A DNA stretch of 61,775 bases, the filler included, from Choristocarpus tenellus KU-1152 (lineage: Eukaryota; Protista; Phaeophyceae), in the NCBI GenBank assembly GCA_964200185.2. It is 14 parts of 14 records of this genome, joined end to end, with 100 filler letters (N's around TTAATTAATTAA, not from the genome) between each part and the next. Parts side by side here need not be neighbours in the genome. Positions count along the whole stretch, not along the records: positions 14,130 to 17,060 come from CAXNAD020023566.1; positions 17,161 to 21,679 come from CAXNAD020014187.1; positions 21,780 to 27,491 come from CAXNAD020009936.1; 11 more parts are not named here. One strand, written 5' to 3'. The notes beneath the pieces are model-generated. The model ran no database searches. It was not told the DNA's origin and saw nothing but the letters and a program-made list of their open reading frames with translations. The stretch's first letter is position 1; each line of letters opens with the position of its first letter. This document shows, piece by piece, positions 14,030 to 24,747 of the stretch. The translations under genes and the position numbers were made by a program.

Positions 14030-14401
14030 NNNNNNNNNNNNNNNNNNNNNNNNNNNNNNNNNNNNNNNNNNNNTTAATTAATTAANNNNNNNNNNNNNNN
14101 NNNNNNNNNNNNNNNNNNNNNNNNNNNNNGGTGGTTTTTTGGGGGTGGGCTGGGGGGGTGGGGGGTGGGTGGGGGTAGACAACCGCCGAATATATATATA
14201 TATATACATAAAAAAACCCCCTACATTTTCCGCTATCTAGGAGATAAGAGGCTGGTGAAGTAGACTTAGATGGTATGTATATTTCGCTATGATATTTCCA
14301 GCTTAGTGCATGGAGTCCTTGTTATCTCTTAGAGCAATTTGGGATATGCACGTTGAATATTGAGATACCTCTAACCCTAACCCTAACCCTAACCCTCCAC
14401 C

Positions 14402-14434
<33 letters not shown>

Positions 14435-14656
14435 TGCGCAACTTCCCTCGCCCGGTAAAATAAGAGTGTACTGGTATATCAATATTTGACAAATCAGAAA
14501 CCGACATGCAATCTATGAGGCATCAACCGACTAATATAGTTGCCCAGTCTCACTTAGCGACCGTTTCAATTCTAACGGTCCCCGCTGAGTTTGAGTCTGT
14601 TATGAGGACCCCCTCCCTCTAATGTGGTCTTTATTAATTATAGAGAGTTGAGGAGG

Positions 14657-14683
14657 TGGTCCAGGCAGGATTTGAACCTGCGA
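14657..14683 (-). pseudogene. tRNA 3'-half fragment (T-arm plus acceptor strand), possibly SINE-derived
   Basis: Minus strand TCGCAGGTTCAAATCCTGCCTGGACCA has a B-box/T-loop and a GCAGG/CCTGC stem; no 5' half is visible. Confidence 0.55.
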
Positions 14684-14704
14684 ACTATGATCTCTTTTTG
14701 TCTT

Positions 14705-14926
14705 GTGTCTCAAAATCCAATGTTGTAATTTTTATGTAACTTTGGCTATCATGTTCGTTAGGAGATGTCATATCCTTGTTCTGGACACTCCTTTTTTCAT
14801 AATGTATACATTTTTCCTACTCCGAAGCATTTTGGAGTAAGAAAAATGTCATAAAATACCTGTGGGAAGCCAAGCCCCAAATGGACAAACAGGGCAAAAC
14901 TCGTACCCTCTAAGATACTTTCACTC
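14705..14926 (-). mobile_element. MITE family B with an internal deletion near one end
   Basis: Matches the B body; terminus taccctctaagatactttcactc; TSD TCTT. Confidence 0.85.
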
Positions 14927-14957
14927 TCTTGTCAAAGGCGTTTCTTGTGTAATACTA

Positions 14958-15016
14958 AGTATAGTGTAGTATAGTATAGTATAGTGTAGTGTAGTGTAGT
15001 ATAGTGTAGTATAGTA
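14958..15016. repeat. (TAGTR)n pentanucleotide microsatellite
   Basis: tagtg/tagta tandem units. Confidence 0.9.
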
Positions 15017-15066
15017 TTACTGTTATGACCAACTAAACCACAGCACTTGAAGAAAATCCACAGAGA

Positions 15067-15340
15067 GAGTTGAACTGAACCAAGAGGTACCCAGGTTTGG
15101 CCGTTTTTCATTTTAAACCATTTTGTTTTCGTCTTTTGGAATTTGCCCATTTTTCTATAGATGAAGTGGTAAGAGTTTGACTTGAGAGCGTTGATTTCTG
15201 TATTGTTTGGAAAATTTCCGACACGATTTGGAAAGTCTCATCTGCTCCCCTCAATCTGTTCAACAACTACAAAAAAAATTGTGTGCATTTGTTGAACGCC
15301 CTTAGAAAAACGCCACTCTGGGTGCCTCTTGCTTTGGCTC
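15067..15340 (+). mobile_element. Older TIR element family C; other copies 22340-22942 (-), about 44010-44127 (-, partial), 44806-45066 (+)
   Basis: Shared core gcccat.tttctat.gatgaagtg..agtttgacttgag; termini gagccaaagtaaac..gaggt / acctctcgtttact.tg.ctc; TSDs not clean. Confidence 0.65.
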
Positions 15341-17340
15341 ACTCTGGTGATGGTTATGTTATTTAGGGCGCGGTGAAGTGTTGCATCTGTTTCTTTTTTT
15401 TTACTTGTATCTGTTACAGTATGTTACTTTATTGTGCTGTATGTTACTTTATGTTACTGTATGTTACGGAAGAAATGGCAAGTGGGAAGTACATTTCTTT
15501 TTGTTAGTGCAAAGAAATGCTTGTGTGAAAGTAGCAACATCTCGTGTTTTTTTTTTATTTTGGTGAAAATATGAATATCGTGCTTTTGCTCACGGTATGA
15601 TCTGCCCTAACCCTATTATGAATATGCTGTATGTCTGTATGTTTGTGTATTGTTGAAGCTGTTGAATGATACTACAGTGTGTTCTCGAGGTGATCTTTTT
15701 GGATGAGAGTCTTCCTATCTCTGTTTTGCGGTAGGTCTACTTCAAAGTGTTGAATATGTGCTGTAGTTGTCCTGCTAGTGTTGTGGGTGGAAGGATGTCA
15801 ATCAAGGGAAGTAGGTAATAGGAATAGCGATGTTAACCTATAAGAATAGTGATGTTAACCTATTCTCTCTTTCTCTCTCTATGAATAGTGATGCTCAGTT
15901 CCTGTTCTTTGCGGATGTCATGAATTGGTTTGGGTTTTATGCTGTTGATAGTTTGTGTGATATTGAACAGTGTGTTTGGTTTTTGTATGTCTTGATATGT
16001 CCTGATATGTCTTGATATGTCTTGATATGTCTTGAGGAATACGTACAAGAAGCTACCAAGTAGGAGTGAGTGATACAGGTGAAGGAACCCATTGTTGGTA
16101 CGACATAAAGAGTGATTGAGAGACAATGACTAGGAGGAAGAGTATTTGATGACAAAGTAGCTTAGGCAAAGATTTCCCTCGTGTATCTAAGACAAGAGCA
16201 GTCCACTCCGTACGGACAAGAGCAGTGTATCTGTGTCTGTGTCTGTATCTGTATCTGTATCTGTAACATAGGCAACCAACCTTCTGAAGAGTGTGGGGGA
16301 TCGTTATTGTTACTTCAACATTATTTATATTTTTTATCCGTCTGCTATATAGCCACGACAGGTGCATTTTTCGACATTTTTAACCAAACTTTGAGTGTGT
16401 GTGTGTGTGTATTTAGTGAGCACGTGTAACCGTTTGTGCTTTTCCACATACTCTCTCGGATTGTGTTGGCACATATATAACTAAAACTGTAGTGTCATAT
16501 CCCAACACAGGGTAGAATGATACAATAGGGACTCTCCGGCAATCACTTCACTCAGCAGGTAGAGCTCTACACGGTAAGTGAGTGTGTGAAAGTGGTATCG
16601 TACAGTGTTAAGTGATGAGAGCACAAGTCTCTTCTTGTTGCATCCACTACTTTATCATTGTGGGACATTTTTCATGTTTGTAGTATTACTTTTTTCCTTT
16701 TTTATGTCTTTACTCTATTGATAGTTATCAGTACTATTATTGTTACTGTTGTGGTAGTTTCTGGGTTGTATTTTGATGAGGGGGAGTGAGGGTCACCAGA
16801 GATGAGGTTCGAAATGGAAGGAGAGGGAGGTCTTGAGTCAGATTGAGTGAGGGTTGAGACCCTGAGTGTGCAGTGTGTCTCTTGTTGACTGTGTGATGTG
16901 ATTGGATGTGACCAGTCAGAACCAAAACCCCGGATTCGCTGGTTGACTTCACAGATAATGTCTGAGCCACCGCGAGCCGGTTATGTGTCTGACCCACATG
17001 TGGCTCAAAGTATCTGGGAGGGGGTGGCGGCTGTCCATTTGGGGTGAATTTTTTCATAACNNNNNNNNNNNNNNNNNNNNNNNNNNNNNNNNNNNNNNNN
17101 NNNNTTAATTAATTAANNNNNNNNNNNNNNNNNNNNNNNNNNNNNNNNNNNNNNNNNNNNCCCCCCAGATACTTTGACCCAATCCTTACCATTGGTCACG
17201 TCGGTGAGAGAAACAAAAGAGACTGGGAATCACGTTGGTACATGTTGTAGATCTGAAATCAACCATTGGGTGGTAGACTTCCAATTACTCAATGATTTGA
17301 GAGAGAGTGATTATGTGATATGGATTGTGTGGAATTGTAA

Positions 17341-17940
17341 TGGGGTGAATGACCCTGAGGAATTTGTTGGACGGAAGCGATGTAGCGAAGAGTGCGTAAA
17401 TTATCCTTAACACAAGCGGTTCTGATGGAAGGGATGTCACCACAAGTAGGTTGAAAAACCCCGAGGAAATTTGTTGGGTGGAAGAGATATCACCTGAATG
17501 ATCCTGAAGAAAATGTTTGATGCAATAGGTGTACTAAGTATCAGATGAACGATCCTCAAGAAGTGGTTCTAATGGAAGAGATACCAGACCCAAAGTATCT
17601 GAGGAGGGGGGGGGCGGATCTACACCAGGGTGTCCATTTGGACCGAAAACAGGAAAAGTGCACTTTCATTATCATCCATCCAATGTACGGAACCAAATCA
17701 CCCAAAAATCGCGACATGAAAAAATTGACCCCAACTGGACAGCCGCCACCCCCCCCAGATACATTGAGCCATCACCAGTGGTGGGGTGAATGATCCTGAA
17801 CAAAAAGCTTGATTGAAGAGATATCATCAATTGGGGGGTGATCGATCCTCATCAAATGGTTGTGATGAAAGAGGGGGACCAAGTGGGAGGTGAATGATAT
17901 TGAAGAAACTGTTGGGTGGAAGAAGAGATATGTCACCAGT
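17341..17940 (+). repeat. Degenerate tandem repeat of about 48-50 bp, interrupted by a MITE
   Basis: Recurrent gtgaatgatcctgaagaa...tggaagagatatcacc motif. Confidence 0.6.
17587..17770 (+). mobile_element. MITE family A, full length
   Basis: TIRs gacccaaagtatctg...cagatacattgagcc; TSD ACCA/ATCA (one mismatch). Confidence 0.9.
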
Positions 17941-19899
17941 CAGAGAGATGGTTCAAGAACGTTCAGGAAGGCAACTATATATAAATAGTGGCATTATGAG
18001 GTGAATAGAACCAAGGATTAGTTAGAGTCTGGTGAGGTGACCTGGAAGTTACGTGGACATCGATTATGGAAAAATGTTTTGAAGAGGGAGCGTAAAACTT
18101 AACACTTCGCGATATATTTTTCGAGAAACAACCCAAGGAAGAAAAACAACTCTATGGACTTGATAGATATGGAGGGGTAGGAATTACTTGGTTTCATATG
18201 TTATGCACATGAGAGGAATGAAAAGAGTTAGTGGGTGGTCCTTATTTTTGGGGATATGCTCTTTTCATACCCCTAAACTGCTATTTCGACCCCGGAAACA
18301 GCTTGCAGTTGGGCTCACCATTACGTTTACGGTTGGGGAAAATATGGATGGTTCATACCGTATCCCTTCCGTGGGAGGTCTACAACCCTACACTATTGTC
18401 AACTGTGGAGACATTGGAGAACACTGCATAACCGTCATCATAATTCCCCAACAGTACCATGGTGATGGTGGGTGCTATTCGCCCTAGTGTATCCTACGGT
18501 CCAGATAGTATTCCAGTATAACAATGACCATACTTGTCTACGTCTTCAGTAACCGCGACCGTACAGTAACCGTACCATCCAGTGGTACACTGATCGCAAA
18601 TATACAGAAATGTGAATATGGGAACTATGTAAGGTATTTGCCCTGATGAATTCTCAATCTCTTCAACCTGTGCCCAGGTACTCCAGTACGATTTACTACC
18701 AACAAAACACTGTTGTGCATTGTACTAGTATAACGTAGGTTATTTTTGTATCAAACTTAGAAAGCTCATATAATTTTGCATGCACGTATGTTGTCATACC
18801 AACCCCTGTATACCACTCATAACTTCCAACCCAATGCCTACAGAAGTCATTAGCGATGATGGAGAGCAATTAAAAGGAAATGATTGATCAGCGAGAGAAG
18901 ACTCTATTCTCAGGGTGATAAAGCCTCAGAGGAATCAAGCAGTTCGTTAGCATGGTGCTCCCTTGGTTGCATCCATTTCGGAAATAGATCCTTCCTCAGA
19001 CGTTACCAGTCAGAGTATAGAACAGTTTCACCAGGTCCAGGGCGAAAATGCCACTGCTAGGGTACTCAACCAATCCGGAAGGGAAGTATGCAAAGGGATT
19101 GTATGCAGTGTGGATATTTTTCGCTTGTCTCAACACCCCAGATGGAGAGGGCCAATGAAATATGTGTTGTAGAAGTAGTGGCCAGGAATGGAACACTGAA
19201 GGAATGAAGTAATAAGCAAATTAATTTCTCCAGAGATGGCACTGCCAGGCTACTAGATCGCCTGTAGTGGCGACATTCATCTGAGCACAAGATAGCGCTT
19301 GATTCCTACCACCTGGTGATCCATAAGAATAAAACTTGCCAATGCCTTTGCTATCGGTTACAAACTCGTTCGTTAAGTTGAGTCCCAAATTGTGCATTTT
19401 TTTGTTGTTAAAGAGCTACCACTTCCCCATATTCTGATCTCACACAGACACCTTTGCCCAGACTGTCTCATACAGTGTCATGTATATTGAACCTGCTCAG
19501 ACTTGAGTCCTCCTTTCTTTTGCTCCACCTCCTTTCCAATGAGTCGTATTTTATGTTGTGATACCTTGCACTTGAGCCAATCTCATTCTCTCAACTCTGT
19601 TGTTCGGGTGGCAGTCGGGTCGACGGAGGGGTAGCCATGCCGACGTTCTGACCCTCGATGTGCCCAGTTCTGGCCTCAAAATCACCCGAAAGGTCCCCTA
19701 CTTTGACGGCTTGAAGCACCTTGAGTTTGTACCTGATGATCCTCGACCCCCACCTTTTCTGGAAGCTGAAATTGTCAACCCGATTTCATTCTGTGGGACT
19801 ATCGTCCGATTCGGCGCCGTTCTCGCTCGGCGAGCCCAGATGTTTCGCGGCACAAACTTATGGCACAGAGGTAGCATATAAATAAATTTGTAATTTTGT

Positions 19900-20260
19900 C
19901 CTTGTAGGCGACTCGGTCCACTTCGACCGCTCTAGTAAACCCGCCCTCCTCTGCCTTTTTCGGGTCTCTATGTGCTCTACCTTGAAATCGTTCCCCTGCT
20001 GCACTCTTAACCTCTTATTGTACCTCTTAAACAGATTCTGCCATACTCTCTCGATTGTGTCTGTGTTGTACGCGTGGAACATGCTCTTAATCCTCTCTAC
20101 AAGGTTGTCAATGGTGCCGCAACCCTCCGCCAAAACCATTCTCTTGAGGGATACAAAAAAACCCAAATCGTTGATATTGAGATTCTGTTCCCTTGCTGCC
20201 GATTTGGAGGGCTGATGTAGAGGTATGCGCTTGAGTGTGTACTGGCGGGGTCATGAGATC
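19900..20260 (-). mobile_element. Tc1/mariner transposase C-terminal remnant (plant/oomycete-type mariner)
   Basis: QPSKS...NLNINDLGFF resembles QPPNSPDLNVLDLGFF, followed by IERVWQNL...GNDFKVEH. Confidence 0.8.
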
Positions 20261-20632
20261 GGTGGGTGACTCCACACTGCAGCAGGACCATAAAGAAATG
20301 AGCCGAATTATTCTCTATTCTGTGTTCCAAGATTGACCTGAAACCGTTGATTTCTTTATTGTTTGTTGAACTTTGTGCACAGAAAAAAGTCGAATTTTGA
20401 CATATTTGTCAGCATCCAGAAATATACACAACTCTGGGTACCTCTCATTTATACTTTGGCTCTCTACTCTTTCGTCGAAGTCAGGGGGCAGGGAAAAAAG
20501 AGAGGGCAATCCCTGGACAACAGGAATATAGATCCCCCATCCTGTATATTACTACTTCTTCGAGCTCACTATCTGTATGGTGCTCCTCATCAGTCCCCTA
20601 GGACCCGCCCCCCAAGAGGAAAAAGAGAAACT

Positions 20633-20882
20633 GAATCAAAGTATCTTGGAGGGAAGAGTCGTGTCCATTTGGGGACCAAAATCCAAAGTTGCGATTTTTT
20701 GTTGCAATTTGGCTATCGTGTTTGTCAGGAAGTGTCAATATCCTGGTTCCGGACACACCCGTTCATATCGTATACGTTTTACCTACTCCGAAAAATGTTG
20801 GAGTAGGTAAAATGTCATTAAAAACCCAAGTCCCAAATGGACAAACAGAGAAAATCTCATACCCTCTAAGTTACTTTCACTC
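20633..20882 (-). mobile_element. MITE family B
   Basis: Both TIRs and internal palindrome present; TSD not clean. Confidence 0.85.
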
Positions 20883-21256
20883 AAACCGAAATTTGTCTTT
20901 CATATTGAAGATAATATTCAAGTGAATTGTGATGGGTTCTTTTTTTCTGGTTCAATATCATCGCCATCATCGTCATCGTGCTCATCAATGTGCCAAGTGT
21001 ACGGTCTTATCCTTCTGTTGGATAGTGTATTCTCCTCCCTTTCAGGGGGTGAGATCGTACATCTTGTCTCTAGTCCCCCCAAGGAGTCTCGCTTCCTCTC
21101 CCTCCTCAGCTATCTCACCCTTCAAGTGTGCAGTACCTAAGGCTAGTGTATGAGGACAGTGTAGATGGGTATGAGGGGTTGGGCAAGAAGAACAACAGAT
21201 CAAGAAGTAACATAGACGATACGAAGTTATCGTTACGTGCATTGGGACATGGTGAT

Positions 21257-21679
21257 GAGTCAAAGTATCTGTGTGTGTGTGGCTGCTGTCCATTTGGGGT
21301 CCGAGTAAAAGTATCTTAGAGGGTACCAGTTTCGCCTTGTTTGTCCATTTGGGGCTTGGCTTCCCATGTTTTTTTTTATTACTTTTCCCTGCTCCAAAAT
21401 GTTTAGGAGTAGGTAAAATGTATACGTTATGAAAAGGTGTGTCCGAAACATAGGTATTGACATTTCCTAACAAACACGATACCCAAAATTACATCAAAAT
21501 CGCAACATTGAATTTCGATCCCCAAATGGACGCGGCTCTACCCTCTCAGATACTTTGACTCGTCCATCGTTCCATGTCGCAATCTTGGGTGATTTGGTTG
21601 CATTTGTCGGATGGATAATGCAAGTGCACTTTTTGCTGGTCAAGGCCCAAATGCACACCATGGTGTAGACCCCTCCCCC
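21257..21679 (-). mobile_element. MITE family A interrupted by a nested family B copy; truncated at contig end
   Basis: A sequence resumes exactly after the duplicated GTCC. Confidence 0.85.
21303..21561 (+). mobile_element. MITE family B nested in family A
   Basis: TIRs gagtaaaagtatcttagagggta...taccctctcagatactttgactc; TSD GTCC. Confidence 0.93.
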
Positions 21680-21942
21680 NNNNNNNNNNNNNNNNNNNNN
21701 NNNNNNNNNNNNNNNNNNNNNNNTTAATTAATTAANNNNNNNNNNNNNNNNNNNNNNNNNNNNNNNNNNNNNNNNNNNNGTTCGCCACCCCACCCCCCCC
21801 CCCCCCCCGAATATTGTCATCTCTCCTTGTTAATTAATAGCAGGGTAAGAAAAACCGCCACCAAATATGTAGACTGGAGGTGAGAAATATTGGGATCCCC
21901 AAAGTATCTTAGAAAAAGATTTGTGAGGTGCGCAAGCGTTCT

Positions 21943-22204
21943 GAGCCAAAGTATCCTAGAGGGTAGAGCTGCATCCATTTGGGGAGCAAAAATCCAATGT
22001 TGCGATTTTGATGTAATTTTGTCTATGGTGTTTGTTACAAAGTGTCGATTTCCTTGTTCCGGACACACCTTTTCATGACGTATACACTTTACCCACTCTG
22101 AAACACTTTGCAGTACGAAAATGTCATAAAAACCCCAAAAGGGAAGTCAAGTCCCAAATGGACAAACAGGGCAAAATTCGTACCCTCTTGAGATACCCTC
22201 ACTC
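21943..22204 (-). mobile_element. MITE family B
   Basis: gagccaaagtatcctagagggta...agataccctcactc; TSD not clean. Confidence 0.85.
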
Positions 22205-22436
22205 TCTCTTCGCTCGGGCAGAATCTTCTCAGAATTTTCAAGAACCCTAACCCTAAACTGAAGCGGCTGTACCTCTAGAGTGAGTACACCCATGGTCACA
22301 GCCCCTCACACCTACCACCAGGATGCCCCAACGTGATGGGAGTCGAGGTAAGTGAGACATACCCAGCAGCAGCATTCCATTTGAGAAAAAAGAAAAAGGA
22401 TGTTGACAAATATGTCCAAAAAAAAAAAATCGTTTT

Positions 22437-22705
22437 GAGTGAAAGAATCTTGAGAGGGTGCGAGTTCTGTCCTGTTTGTCCATTTGAGGGCTTGGCTTCC
22501 CACGGGTTTTTGTATGACATTTTTCCTGCTCCGAAATACTTGAGAGTAGGTAAAATGTACACGTTACGAAAAGGTGTGTCCGGAGCAAGGATATTGACAC
22601 TTCCTAACAAACACAATAGACAAAATGACATCAAAATCGCAACATTGGATTTTTGCTCCCCAAACGGACACGGCTCTCTGCCCTCTAAAAAAGATACTTC
22701 AACTC
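22437..22705 (+). mobile_element. MITE family B nested in a family C copy
   Basis: Both TIRs present; TSD TTTT. Confidence 0.9.
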
Positions 22706-23071
22706 TTTTACTAAAAACGTGTTGAGGATATTTTCGGGATCGTATCGAAATCTTTCAATCATAATAATAATAATAATAATAATAGAGCAATAAAAAAACC
22801 TCTCAAGTCAAACCCAGCACTTCATCCATAAAAAAATTAAAATACAGGTAAAAATATATATATGGTAAAAAAAAATGAAAAAACTGGCTTGTGATGCAAA
22901 ATTGGGTGAAAACTGGGTTATACCTCTCGATTGCTGTGGCTCTAGAAGCGAAATAACAATAAGGGCCGTGTGTGGTGTGATGGGTGTGATGCCTGACAAG
23001 AGATGGACAAAGAGAACTGCACCTTCAAATTCAGACGTCTGAGCTGTGTCGGTTGGTCGGCGAATAACAGT

Positions 23072-23188
23072 CATAGTAGATAACATAGTAGATAACATAG
23101 TAAATAACATAGTACATAACATAGTACATAACATAGTACATAACATAGTACATAACATAGTACATAACATAGTACATAACATAGTAGA
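23072..23188. repeat. 12-bp tandem repeat (CATAGTAVATAA), about 9-10 copies
   Basis: Read directly; it explains the MLCT/NIVH/LCYV repeat ORFs. Confidence 0.95.
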
Positions 23189-24190
23189 TCACCGCGTGAA
23201 GCGAGCCTCGAGAGACAACAGCAGTGTCGCCAATCGCAATAACTAAATAAAAAGAAAGAAATCATTTTTTTTTTGCTTCAATGAAGAGTAATTGAAATAA
23301 AAAAATTGGCAATTTTTTTTCGTTGTAAACCCGTGTAGTGTAACTGTGTGATCGGCTTCAGGGCTTTCCTCAAGGTGCTTTGGCATTTCCTTGCACCATC
23401 CTTGCACTCCTCCCAATAGACTGTGTGTGCATGTTTTCAAACCTTCAGTTCAACAGAGTAGATCATTTCTCCTAGCTAAGTGGTTGGATGGACAATGCTC
23501 TCCCAGCGCTAAAATCTAACCCTAACCCTAACCCTAACCCTTTAAAGGGAAGTATATTTCTTAACAAATCAAGGTACACTGCAGTAGGGACCGCTGATTG
23601 TACCTCCCGTACCACTTCAATTCTTTCTGCCACTGTACCACAAAAGCGGGAAACTCAAAAAAAGGTATATTGCCAAAAAGAGGTACATTGCCATTCAGAG
23701 CATCAAGACTGGCCCCAGCAAAAAAGGTTCGAGGGAAGTGGCGGAGGGATGAGCAGTTGGATGGTTGAACTCAATGCAAGAGAGAACTAAGGCGTCAACG
23801 TAGCAAACGCGATTTTATCGTACTGCATCAGTTCATTACAGTAGGGTAGGGTAGGTGTGAGAAGTGGTGAAGTGTATAGTGTGTATGTAGTGCCTCTCTG
23901 ACCACTGGTCAGGACAGTCCCGAGGCTAACATGAATTATAATAAGAATGACGGTAAGCAGTAGTAGTAGTACGATGAAAAACTTTTCAACCCACTATAAA
24001 TTGTGCTCATACACGATTGTAAATTCACCGCACTGAATGGAACAGCAAGATTGAGGTCAGTTTCTTGGAGTACATGGTAACACAGGTTAGTTATTGAAAA
24101 AATCTAGTACATAAACTGTCGGACTGTGCAGCACTCCATAAGCAAGTTATAGACACCCCTCCCGCCTCCCTGAAGTTACACCACATCTCA

Positions 24191-24450
24191 GAGTCAAAGC
24201 ATTTAAAAGAGTAGGAATTTTGCCCTGTTCATCTATTTAGGGCTCAGCTTCCCACAGGTTTATTATGCCCGTTTTCGGCTTTCTCTGTGAACACAGTTAC
24301 CTAAAATGTATACGATTATGAAAGGTGTGTCTGGAACAGGGGTATTGAAACTTGCTAACAACACGATAGCCCAAATTCATCAAAATCGAAACATTGGAAT
24401 TTTGGACCCCAAACAGACGCGGCCCTACCCCCTCTTAAACGCTTTGGGTC
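24191..24450 (+). mobile_element. MITE family B, divergent subtype
   Basis: gagtcaaagcatttaa...ttaaacgctttgggtc TIRs; TSD CTCA/CTCG. Confidence 0.85.
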
Positions 24451-24562
24451 CTCGCGCACACTGAAGAGCGATTATACGTGGCAAGAACATGACATGACCT
24501 TTTGCATCTCAAATCGTTTCACCCCTGGATAAAAAATAAAAAATATACACGACCCAACTTAC

Positions 24563-24747
24563 CTTGATACCTCATTCATAAACAGCATCGACTCCTGGCA
24601 CAGAGCCTTTCGAGCAAACTCCTCAAACGCTTCAGTCATGTAGGGCGTGGAAATCAATTGCTCAAACATCGCAGGTCTATCCTCTCCTTGACCTTCGCTG
24701 TTGAATGCTACATTTCTGCGTTGATGGGATATTCGTCGGCTCTTGAG
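24563..24747 (-). CDS. Internal exon encoding the N-terminal part of an RGS domain; possible upstream exon near 26255-26360
   Basis: tag|...|gtaagt exon: MFEQLISTPYMTEAFEEFARKALCQESMLFMNEVS, fitting the RGS helices 2-4 pattern (FxxFxxxxxxxExxxFxxxV). Confidence 0.7.

Noticed and set aside
14657-14683. Intact tRNA gene
   Set aside because: No D-arm, anticodon arm or 5' acceptor strand is recoverable, even after removing the adjacent MITE.
17002-17180. A single MITE spanning the linker, implying true contig adjacency (also 52719-52866)
   Set aside because: Flanking 4-mers do not match (ATGT vs AATC; TTTT vs no match).
20363-22725. Recurring ORFs such as [18 protein letters not shown] and QSILEGR as a protein family
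   Set aside because: They are translations of non-coding MITE family B, with inconsistent frames and stops between copies.
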